NCBI GenBank assembly: GCA_963701855.1
Contig: CAVPBK010000009.1
Location: 384,001 to 448,000 of the forward strand
Direction of reading: 5' to 3'
Source: Nitrospirota bacterium
GTDB lineage: Bacteria; Nitrospirota; Nitrospiria; Nitrospirales; Nitrospiraceae
Length of the DNA: 64,000 bases
Below, one piece after another: positions 1-8,070 of the stretch. The first letter of the stretch is position 1; the number at the start of each line of letters is the position of its first letter. Made by a program: the position numbers and the translations under genes. The notes below the pieces were generated by a model, which saw only the letters and a list, made by a program, of their open reading frames with translations, was not told the origin of the DNA and ran no database searches.

Positions 1-435
1 AATATCATTGCCGCCGCCCGAGAGCAAAATGGCTTTAGGTTTCACACCCCGCCGAAGGAGCTTTTCAATCAAACGGGTAAGATCGTTTAGCTGGTTGTCA
101 CCGTAGGCCATCTCCTCGATTGGGTCACCCTTATGCGCCACCGACTCGACATCATACCCATGATTATCTTCCAATTCTTTAAGGACGTCATGGAATGGGT
201 AATCAAACCACGAGTCACCCTCCGAGACAAGGACGCCTGCCGTTTGCATGACCGTGGCCCTAGCGACCGGCATGCCCTTTCGAGGAATTGCCTGGATGCG
301 TAGCGCGAGCGGCTTGGGGTGCGCTTTGAGAGCTTTGGCACGAGTCTTTGACGCGGCGGCACGGAGTTTCAAAATCTCGGCTGCATGCCGACGGCCGACA
401 TGCATCGCTTCCAATATACGTTTGTCGTTGGCCAT
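1..435 (-). CDS. SGNH/GDSL-family hydrolase, 5' part (runs off window start)
   Basis: Absent from the ORF track; translated by hand from ATG at 435 (GGAGAG upstream): MANDKRILEAM...LVSEGDSWFDYP...VESVAHKGD...ILLSGGGNDI. GDSW matches block I and GGGND matches block III. Confidence 0.85.
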   Translation of the reverse strand, partial: MANDKRILEAMHVGRRHAAEILKLRAAASKTRAKALKAHPKPLALRIQAIPRKGMPVARATVMQTAGVLVSEGDSWFDYPFHDVLKELEDNHGYDVESVAHKGDPIEEMAYGDNQLNDLTRLIEKLLRRGVKPKAILLSGGGNDI

Positions 436-467
436 TAGATCTCTCCGGTCAAATCGTTTCAGAACTA

Positions 468-1310
468 TTAGGACCGACGGCGTGATTTCTTTCTTTTAGA
501 TGAGGACTTCTTCGTGGGTTTTGCAGCATGCGAGCCATGAGGTTTGGGATAGATCTTGCCCACGAATGCATAATCTGATTTATCAATGTCTAATCCTCCA
601 ATAATCGGCTTGCCGTCCTTCGTAATGATCCCAGGAATCTGATAACACATGATCGACTTAGGATCAGCATGCGCTGTGCCCAGAAGCGAGGACTCCTCTA
701 ATGGTGTCAAGACCTGTTGTTCAACCTCTTGCCGAGACCAGCCTTGCGTGTTTCTAAAATACTTAATCGCCTTCTCCGGATCAATTTTTGCCACCAATTC
801 TCGCCGCATATGCTCGTGCGGAAAGCCCATTGTATGACCAGTCTCATGGCGGACCACACGGTGATATTCCGATTCAGGCGTATTCATGGTGAATGATTCC
901 AGATTCATTGTGGGGGCACCGGCCTGGATACTGAGGATATCCGTGCCCAGATAGGACCAATAACCGTCCCCTACCGTACGGGCAATGCGCACTTCCGGGT
1001 CGGTTTTGGCCTCCACGAATCTGACGTTAGCTGTTTTATTCCATGCATTCATATGCGACAAGATCCGAGTTCGAAGCGCCTTCGGTGGATTATCAAGAAA
1101 TCCGACCGTTAGTCGTACGCCCCCTGCGTGCCAGTACTTCGTCGTCAGCACGGCAATATGCAGGGGGTGGGGATTAAATCCCGTGATAGCCCGCATCAGC
1201 CGCTCGATCGGGGGATGATTCACAGGATTGATCTCCGACGCCATGCGGGCTGCTGATACCCATTGACCGCGCGGCAGCACTTTCGGCATACAGACAATCG
1301 GTTCGCTCAT
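468..1310 (-). CDS. Astacin-like (M12) zinc metallopeptidase, no signal peptide
   Basis: HETGHTMGFPHEH fits the metzincin HExxHxxGxxH motif; Met-turn SIMCY; GYWSYLG; start moved to the ATG at 1310 behind GGAGGT. Confidence 0.9.
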   Translation of the reverse strand: MSEPIVCMPKVLPRGQWVSAARMASEINPVNHPPIERLMRAITGFNPHPLHIAVLTTKYWHAGGVRLTVGFLDNPPKALRTRILSHMNAWNKTANVRFVEAKTDPEVRIARTVGDGYWSYLGTDILSIQAGAPTMNLESFTMNTPESEYHRVVRHETGHTMGFPHEHMRRELVAKIDPEKAIKYFRNTQGWSRQEVEQQVLTPLEESSLLGTAHADPKSIMCYQIPGIITKDGKPIIGGLDIDKSDYAFVGKIYPKPHGSHAAKPTKKSSSKRKKSRRRS

Positions 1311-1358
1311 AAATGACCTCCCTAAATTGAATGGCATGGGTGAATGAACAACTAGATG

Positions 1359-2141
1359 CTACCGATATGTGCGTAACCTTTGTGTCCTTTTGTTACCCAA
1401 CGTCGATGCGAGCTTGTATCGGACGGATCGGCGGGTTCCTCTCGCCAGATTTTTAATGGCCATGCGTTTCTTCGCGAGATCATCGGGCATAAAGGTGTCA
1501 GTCTTGTTCCGGGCTGGGTCAAAGAATCCGATATAGCCACCCGGATTAACCGAGAAGGACCGCAAGGTCTTCCCGTTGTGAATCCGTGCAAGAAAATCGT
1601 TTCGTCCGCCCAACTCATCCTCTCCGGTGAAGTAAAGAGGCAATACGAAATTGGACACCTCCACGCCATCGATGAGATAGGTTTCCGCCTGCACGGCATC
1701 GCACATTTCGAACCAGTGAAAGACAGTTTTCTTGGGATTTCTCGGATGGGGCCCTGAGACAAGGAGATTGGCCTGAGCATCTCCAACCAGCTCCAGCGCC
1801 TCATGCGACAACGTGACTGTCCAGGCCTCACCGAGCTCCTTCGCAATCTCCGTGAACACAAATCCATAGGGAATGCCACGGTTGTTTCTGTCGTGATAGC
1901 CAAGTGCATCTTTGACTTCGTCGACTTCGTTCCACAAATAAATGACGGCATCCCCCCGTAAATCCTCGAGGTGTTGCGCTTGCGGCTTCTTCCCGCTTCG
2001 CCCCTCCAGCCGAAGGCTCGCGCCGAATGACCAATAGGGCTCGAAATCCTGCTTGATCTGGCGATTGATCGCACGAATCGCCTGCAGGATTTCCTCGTCG
2101 CTCAGTGCCCCATGTGTATGGTTGATGATCGATATCACCAT
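1359..2141 (-). CDS. Hypothetical zincin-like protein with HExxE motif
   Basis: ALGYH, TLSHEALELVGD and FEMCDAV motifs; GGAGGT RBS before the ATG at 2141; 260 aa. Confidence 0.7.
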   Translation of the reverse strand: MVISIINHTHGALSDEEILQAIRAINRQIKQDFEPYWSFGASLRLEGRSGKKPQAQHLEDLRGDAVIYLWNEVDEVKDALGYHDRNNRGIPYGFVFTEIAKELGEAWTVTLSHEALELVGDAQANLLVSGPHPRNPKKTVFHWFEMCDAVQAETYLIDGVEVSNFVLPLYFTGEDELGGRNDFLARIHNGKTLRSFSVNPGGYIGFFDPARNKTDTFMPDDLAKKRMAIKNLARGTRRSVRYKLASTLGNKRTQRLRTYR

Positions 2142-2565
2142 GGTATTCACCTCCATTTCACCAAACAACAAGCACAAGATATGCCAGCTATGTAAGAAGC
2201 CAGCACGCAAATATTCACTGAGGTTTGAGCGTCTATATCGTGGCAGATTAACCCTGGATGAATCTTTTCTGATTCGTGCCCGTGCTCAAACAGATTCATT
2301 GGCAAGAATTCTGGGTTTGAATGGAGACGAACCGCAGGCAAGTCTCCCGGCACAACATAAGGTGGACGTGGAAAGGGGCAGGTCTTGCAACTATTCACAC
2401 CTAACGGGGAAGTCTTCCATTTGGGAGAGAATAAGGATGAGAGACGACATCGGACAGGTGGGCGATCAGCGAGGCTGAGGAGACTGTTCAGACTGAATTG
2501 GTCCTGGCATCTTCCTATTCTGGTTACACCCATTTGGGCGATGCACATCACAAAATTCTTGTCGC

Positions 2566-3339
2566 TTAGTGGGTCCAGATCTTTACAGGAGTCGATTCGA
2601 ACGGATACACATGAATCATCCATCCACCGGCTTGCGGAACAAATCGTCCGCCTGCTTGCCGGCACTCTGACTCCGTGGCAATCGTCCCCTTGCCTCCGAG
2701 TTGTTTCCGGGTCATACGGCGTCTACTGCCGTCCGGCTGGAAACAGAGATTGACGTGGGCATGCCACTGCGCGACGCTCAACGGAATGCGCTCGTTCAAC
2801 TGGTCCTCGCTCATATCTCTCGGCGCGGTATACATCGCCCCTTCGAGTTCATAACCATCCCCAGCCTTCTTATATAACAGTGCGGTCGGTTCGGCCGGAT
2901 CAAAGCGAACCTTGGCCATAAGGCGACGCTGCTTATTGGCGAAATGATAATGTTTGGGCGTTCGCTCGGGGTGAAGCGAAACATAGCCATCGCCCATAGC
3001 CACCCGATAATCCTTGTACTTGGCAAGGGCCTGTCGCAGAGTCTGCACGATCTGATCGGCACGCCCGGCATCGTCTGCGTTCGCCGGCCGCAACTCCGTC
3101 CATCTCATGTGGGGCCCGAGATGTTTCTGATGCGGAACCATCATATCGACAGTCCCCTCCCCGTGATCATGACGATCCATATCCATGCTCTGGGTAGCAG
3201 ACTCTCCCTGCGCTGACTCACCCGCCTGAGCCGAACGAGCACCATCCATGAGAAACAACAAGATCCCTGAGAAGGCAACCACAAGGCCCAGGGAAAACCT
3301 GAGCCAGCGCATTGATGTTCGAATATCTTGACCGGCCAT
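2566..3339 (-). CDS. Exported hypothetical protein with His-rich motifs
   Basis: N-terminal hydrophobic segment; HYHF, EPTALLY, WHAHVNLC and WMIHVYPF motifs; GGAGGG RBS; paralogous pseudogene at 44192-44930. Confidence 0.8.
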   Translation of the reverse strand: MAGQDIRTSMRWLRFSLGLVVAFSGILLFLMDGARSAQAGESAQGESATQSMDMDRHDHGEGTVDMMVPHQKHLGPHMRWTELRPANADDAGRADQIVQTLRQALAKYKDYRVAMGDGYVSLHPERTPKHYHFANKQRRLMAKVRFDPAEPTALLYKKAGDGYELEGAMYTAPRDMSEDQLNERIPLSVAQWHAHVNLCFQPDGSRRRMTRKQLGGKGTIATESECRQAGGRFVPQAGGWMIHVYPFESTPVKIWTH

Positions 3340-3531
3340 GGTTGCCCTCCATTGGAACCAGAAGATCACATGCCCACCATGGCAAACATCTTATCCCGCA
3401 TATTGCCTTAACACCAGACATGCAGCGTAGACAGCCTTTACAAAACTCAAGCTCTCTACGTGAACCGTGAGGAGTTCTAAGAGACGAGCGACGAGATGTC
3501 AGAAACAAATTGAGAGGCAGGCAGCGACTAT

Positions 3532-5058
3532 TCAGACTGAAATGGCTCCTATTACTTTTCCACCTCTCGCATCACCTCCGGTCACTGTCGAAATTCCAAG
3601 ACTCTTCAATATTTGAATTAACTCCGAGTCGAGCTCCGTCAAGCAAGCAATGCAGAGCATCTCTCGTGGCCGAGTAAACGCCACATATCCAAGTCTGCAT
3701 TTGTCTTGTTTGTCGGCAACGCGAAGTAACGGTTCAGTCTGCAGCCATTTCCTTAACTCCGTGAGGCTTTTCGCAACTACAAGTGCCGCGTCTGCTTGCA
3801 GCCCTTTAGCCTTGCGAATCGAAGAATAGCATTCAGCCGCCTGTGACAAATTCCCTCCACCGAATTCAATGCTGAGACGACATAAGCGGTCTTCGATCAG
3901 GTCAATGCGTGAGTTCGACACTTTGTGGCCAAAGGCATCGAAGACAAGCACCTTAAGTTGTTCAATTCCGTACTGCCCTGCACGAAGCTCTCTGAGTAGC
4001 CGAACGCCAACGGTTCGCAATTGAAGCCGTGTCAACCCCAACTCCTCGCAAATTCTCCTTTGACTGCGATCGAGCGCAAGAGACAAAAGGTCAAGTGCAT
4101 CTCCAAGAAGGGTATTGGTCTTTCGTCCGTCATTCGAGATTGGACTTAATTTGAACTGCTCACGAACAGAGTCGAATGTCGCGTTCTCCTCCGAGAGATA
4201 TAGCCGTGTCCGTTGCTCTTCTTCAATTTCAACATTCTCACTCAACGCCTGATAACGTCGAACGATTTCTTCAAGAGCAGTGGCGGGAATGAAAAGAACT
4301 CTGGGTTCTCCACGATAAGGCTTGACCGGTATTTGCTGTACATCTACGCGAAACTGATTCACAAACGTGACGATTTCTCCATTTGACCGGTGGTTCTCGA
4401 TGATTTGTTGCACTTCGGCCTGCTTTTTGAATCGGAAGAATGGAATTTTGTCGAACGACGGTGGCTTCTTACCCCGATACCCAAAACTCATCACATACTG
4501 CTCAGAATCGCCGACAACATATAGTCTGGTTTTCTCGGCCTTGTGGAAATGTTCAAAAACCTCAAACATTCCAATATCCGTATCTTGAAATTCATCGACA
4601 AAAAGGTACGCAATCCGTCCGCAGATAAGATCTCGCATGCCTGGTGTCTCCAGAACCTGACGAGCTTTCGGGATCATCGAGGAATAGGGAACAATCCCCT
4701 TTTTGATCAGATTCTTCTCGTAAGCAGCGGCCCCTGCTGGTCCTACTTTGTCGTATGGATCAATCGCCACATATATTCGATCTTCAGGAAGTAACTTCAG
4801 AAGTTCCGCGCACGGCATCAGAAGAAATCGATTCACAAAAGAATGGATAGTTCCAACAAAAATATTGCTCGGAACCCTGGGAACTCTTTCAACAAGACGA
4901 TCATGAATAGTGTTCGCAGCCGCGTTAGTGTATGTAACGGCTGCAAGACATCGATGTGGCGGAAGGATTGGAATCGCGGCCACAATTTCGTCGACCATCG
5001 CATGCGTTTTCCCAGCACCAGGACCCGCCTCAGCAAACTTGGGTTTCGGCAACTTCAT
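3532..5058 (-). CDS. gajB: UvrD-like SF1 helicase, Gabija GajB-like
   Basis: AGPGAGKT, VTYTNAAA, GTIHSF, DEFQD, GDSEQ, ENHRS and YVAFTR motifs; short (508 aa); 4 bp downstream of the OLD nuclease. Confidence 0.8.
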   Translation of the reverse strand: MKLPKPKFAEAGPGAGKTHAMVDEIVAAIPILPPHRCLAAVTYTNAAANTIHDRLVERVPRVPSNIFVGTIHSFVNRFLLMPCAELLKLLPEDRIYVAIDPYDKVGPAGAAAYEKNLIKKGIVPYSSMIPKARQVLETPGMRDLICGRIAYLFVDEFQDTDIGMFEVFEHFHKAEKTRLYVVGDSEQYVMSFGYRGKKPPSFDKIPFFRFKKQAEVQQIIENHRSNGEIVTFVNQFRVDVQQIPVKPYRGEPRVLFIPATALEEIVRRYQALSENVEIEEEQRTRLYLSEENATFDSVREQFKLSPISNDGRKTNTLLGDALDLLSLALDRSQRRICEELGLTRLQLRTVGVRLLRELRAGQYGIEQLKVLVFDAFGHKVSNSRIDLIEDRLCRLSIEFGGGNLSQAAECYSSIRKAKGLQADAALVVAKSLTELRKWLQTEPLLRVADKQDKCRLGYVAFTRPREMLCIACLTELDSELIQILKSLGISTVTGGDARGGKVIGAISV

Positions 5059-5062
5059 TGCC

Positions 5063-6991
5063 CTAGTTTCCCTTTATGAAGTCAAACGCCTGAGAAATAT
5101 ATTTGGGAATTGTCAATTTCTTGGGTGGGCGACTGTCCTTCTCTGCAACCTTCTCATCTTCTGCTAGAACGGAGATCAGATTAAAAGCAAACTCGGCCTT
5201 ATGGCTTTCGATTTCGGCGAAGAAAGCATCTACGTTAATGTCATTTGTTCCAGTCTCAGCTCGGAGTTTTGGGCCGTTGCTTGGCTTCGTCATGGTGAGC
5301 GCCAAGAACAGAAGTTCCTTCCCATCACCAACCTTATTCGATGAGACGAGCTCCTTCTCAAATGTACTCTCGGTCGTGACCTGAATTTTGATGTGTGGAG
5401 TATCGTTGAAGTCCGCCTGCAGTGATGCGGCTCGGTTTTCGACTTTTGTCCCTGAGTCACTATCTGTGAGCACCACGCACTTCTTGAAGAAACCATTTTT
5501 CACGATCGTCAGAAAATGTCTAAACGCAATGCCATTCACATTAATAATAGTGCACCCGATACTTTCGAGTGACCTATCTGCATTTTGCTCAAAAAGTTTG
5601 GGGATGACAATTTGCTCTGCAATACCCTCAACGAGAATGAGCCGTCGCGCGAAAAACATTCGAGATTTCGTCGCATCGAGATAAAGACTCAAAAAACGAA
5701 CAGCCGCATCATCTTTTTTAGGGTCGATGTCTTTGAGGACATAGTGTGCGGCAATGGAATCGTCTAAATCTCGCCGAAATAGTACTACCGTATTTGGGAG
5801 AGAAAGCTTCGCCGCCACATGAGTGGAATGCGAGGTCAGAATCAACTGAAGCGACTCGGATTGCCCCTTCCTTATGTCCTCGATGTTTCTGGCTAGGTGG
5901 TCCTGAAGATGCGGATGCAAATGGGCTTCAGGCTCCTCGATTCCAACCAGGCGAAAACAGACAAAGGTATCATCTCCTGCTGAACTATCGGGAGTTTTAG
6001 CCAATTGCGATAGCACAAGTGCCACATAGAGAAGGTTATTCCTACCAAGGCCATTGCGAGCAACCGTAATGGGGTTTGCGCCATAGGTCATCCCGATCTT
6101 CTTTAAGAACTCGGCTGCATCGGGAGCGACAAATTGAAGTCCAACGGAGTGGTTCTCACCTGGAGTATCAAGCGACACACGTACAAGTAATTGCTGAACA
6201 TCAGTCTTGATCGCAACGAGTGAGGGGTCATTATCGATTGCGTTCTTCAGATCGCCAATCAGTCTCTTGATATCTGTGTATCGAGAATCGCTACTCTGCC
6301 GAAGAACGCGAAACAGTAGACGTTGCTCGCCGCCAGCGACCAGTTCTCGCTCTGCGTCACGAAGCGCATCGAGAATCTCAACACGAAGCATTCTTAGCAG
6401 CCAGGATTCGCATTCATTCGAAGGACGTCCGCCTCCGTAGATCGTGTAGCGGTATTCAGCAATCGGGAATTCAACATAGCCACTATATTCCGGCTCCTCC
6501 GAACCAACACCGGGATCTGGATTCGCCTTCTTGTCCTGTGCTTTTCGGTGAGCAATTGCCTCTCGTTGCTCCTTAACCCATCTGTCACACTTGAAGTTCC
6601 CTCTCACTGCGAACCGATATGTCACACATGCCTCGGTCAAATCTGGCTTGCTATACCAGTCACCAACGACAGCGTGCTGGTCATCTTGAATCTTGCTCAG
6701 GGTTGCATGGATCTCTACTTCCGGAAACACAACCTTATCAACGTCAATGGATTGATCGGCGACTTGTTTCTTGAAAGCGATAACAGTCAGGTAATTAATA
6801 TCGTCAATTTCAAGATTCCGATGTTGAATGACAGAGATCTCCTGGCTGAAGAGTAGGGAAATTGCAGCCAGAAGATTCGTCTTGCCGATGTTGTTCTCAC
6901 CTAATATGAGCGTGAACGGTCGCAGATCCATCACAAATGGTGGGTCGCCAAAGTTCCTAAAGTTCTTGATTCTGAGATTGCTCACATACAT
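5063..6991 (-). CDS. gajA: OLD-family ABC-ATPase/TOPRIM endonuclease, Gabija GajA-like
   Basis: IKNFRNF, GENNIGKT (Walker A), IEEPEAHLHP (Walker B), TSHS, and TOPRIM LVEG...TDSD. Confidence 0.85.
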   Translation of the reverse strand: MYVSNLRIKNFRNFGDPPFVMDLRPFTLILGENNIGKTNLLAAISLLFSQEISVIQHRNLEIDDINYLTVIAFKKQVADQSIDVDKVVFPEVEIHATLSKIQDDQHAVVGDWYSKPDLTEACVTYRFAVRGNFKCDRWVKEQREAIAHRKAQDKKANPDPGVGSEEPEYSGYVEFPIAEYRYTIYGGGRPSNECESWLLRMLRVEILDALRDAERELVAGGEQRLLFRVLRQSSDSRYTDIKRLIGDLKNAIDNDPSLVAIKTDVQQLLVRVSLDTPGENHSVGLQFVAPDAAEFLKKIGMTYGANPITVARNGLGRNNLLYVALVLSQLAKTPDSSAGDDTFVCFRLVGIEEPEAHLHPHLQDHLARNIEDIRKGQSESLQLILTSHSTHVAAKLSLPNTVVLFRRDLDDSIAAHYVLKDIDPKKDDAAVRFLSLYLDATKSRMFFARRLILVEGIAEQIVIPKLFEQNADRSLESIGCTIINVNGIAFRHFLTIVKNGFFKKCVVLTDSDSGTKVENRAASLQADFNDTPHIKIQVTTESTFEKELVSSNKVGDGKELLFLALTMTKPSNGPKLRAETGTNDINVDAFFAEIESHKAEFAFNLISVLAEDEKVAEKDSRPPKKLTIPKYISQAFDFIKGN

Positions 6992-7235
6992 GAATCTATT
7001 CCTGCTTCTTCACTATGTCATCTGCGGCGGACTGCTTCCGCTCTACCTAGTCGTCAGGGCAGCTCTGTCTTTTGGAGTGAAAAACAGGCATAAGCTACTT
7101 TTAGCCGAGTACTGTGTCAACACAAGGGGGGCCTAGTTCGCGGAAAAAGTACCCGCCTAGACCGACTTACAAATGTTCCCTCCAAGCTCGCTCGTTTCTC
7201 CCCTCCCCTCTAGGGCGAGCAGTCCGATTTTCAAA

Positions 7236-7336
7236 GGGAGGGTGGCCTGAATCGGTCTCCCACTGCGCGCGTCCAACGAGGCCCTTCCGAGGGCGCGCGT
7301 TGCGCGAGCACAGGAGACCGATCAGGCCGCCCTCCC
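7236..7336. repeat. Palindromic dispersed repeat (copy 1, intergenic)
   Basis: Arms GGGAGGGTGGCCTGAATCGGTCTCC / GGAGACCGATCAGGCCGCCCTCCC enclose the core CACTGCGCGCGTCCAACGAGGCCCTTCCGAGGGCGCGCGTTGCGCGAGCA; the core recurs near 7722 and, split, at 47302/47421. Confidence 0.85.
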
Positions 7337-7341
7337 AGTCC

Positions 7342-7378
7342 CTCTGGAATTTTTCCCTTCCACTCTGGAATTTCTCCC
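7342..7378 (+). promoter_or_regulatory. Tandem putative activator-binding sites
   Basis: CTCTGGAATTTTTCCC and CTCTGGAATTTCTCCC start 21 bp apart, about 100-140 bp upstream of a sigma54 motif; a related pair lies near 47051-47087. Confidence 0.55.
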
Positions 7379-7480
7379 CAACTCCCTCTCCCATTCCCCC
7401 TCATCAGTCACATCTATATATTCATCGTAACTAACTGACTTTATTAACTATTCAATCGTTCTTCTCTTCATCTTCGAGCC

Positions 7481-7496
7481 CGGCACATTCCCTGCT
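7481..7496 (+). promoter_or_regulatory. Sigma54 (-24/-12) promoter
   Basis: CGGCACATTCCCTGCT has the exact GG-N10-GC spacing, follows an AT-rich tract, and is repeated identically at 47189-47204. Confidence 0.7.
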
Positions 7497-7512
7497 GATA
7501 TCCCCCTATATA

Positions 7513-8070
7513 ATGGTAGCGCACCCCTCCATCCTCTTGATCGAAGACAGCCCCGGCGAGTGCGAACTGTTTCGCCTGGCACTGATCCAAACCACTTTCG
7601 ATGTCGTCCTCTATACCCAGCATGACGCAGATGCCGCGCTCCACTTCTTACAAGACCGAGTCAGTTATAATCCCAACATCTCCTTCCAATACGCTTCTGG
7701 CGAGACGGCTGGAGTGGGCTCCACTGCGCGCGTCGAACGAGGGCCTTCTGAGGTCGCGCGTTCCGCGAGCAAAGAGACCATGCCAGCTGCCTCGCCCTCC
7801 CTTATCCTGCTCGATCTCAAGCTCGGCCGACGGAATGGTTGCGACTTTTTGATTCGAGTCCGGGCCGATACCCGTCTCTCTGCGATCCCTGTCGTCGTCT
7901 TCACCACATCAGATGACCAGACCGACTTGGCACACTGCTACGCCAACGGCGCGAATGGGTATGTCGTGAAGCCCGGCACGTACGACAAGCTCGTTCACTG
8001 TACCGGCGACATCTGTCGGTATTGGCTGAGATGGAATCGATCCCTCTTAACGGCTGAAACCCGATGCTGA
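7513..8070 (+). CDS. Single-domain response regulator (Rcp1-like receiver) with internal insertion
   Basis: ILLIEDS, LILLDL, VVVFTTS and GANGYVVKP motifs; stop overlaps the RND start (ATGCTGA). Confidence 0.85.
   Translation: MVAHPSILLIEDSPGECELFRLALIQTTFDVVLYTQHDADAALHFLQDRVSYNPNISFQYASGETAGVGSTARVERGPSEVARSASKETMPAASPSLILLDLKLGRRNGCDFLIRVRADTRLSAIPVVVFTTSDDQTDLAHCYANGANGYVVKPGTYDKLVHCTGDICRYWLRWNRSLLTAETRC
7699..7796. repeat. Palindromic dispersed repeat (copy 2), in frame inside the response regulator
   Basis: Arms GGCGAGACGGCTGG / CCAGCTGCCTCGCC enclose CACTGCGCGCGTCGAACGAGGGCCTTCTGAGGTCGCGCGTTCCGCGAGCA. Confidence 0.85.

Noticed and set aside
1352..2074. 240-aa alternative-frame ORF overlapping the HExxE gene
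   Set aside because: Same-strand overlap, Arg/Ser-rich, no RBS or motifs; the other frame has both.
2372..2392. AAGGGGCAGGTCTTGCAA (with similar ends at ~29493-29507 and ~47750) as REP-type elements
   Set aside because: Isolated half-sites with no partner arm or nearby transposase; too short to support.
7114..7434. ORFs of 106 and 75 aa between gajA and the regulator
   Set aside because: They translate the palindromic repeat and promoter region; the ORFs over 46884-47771 are rejected for the same reason.
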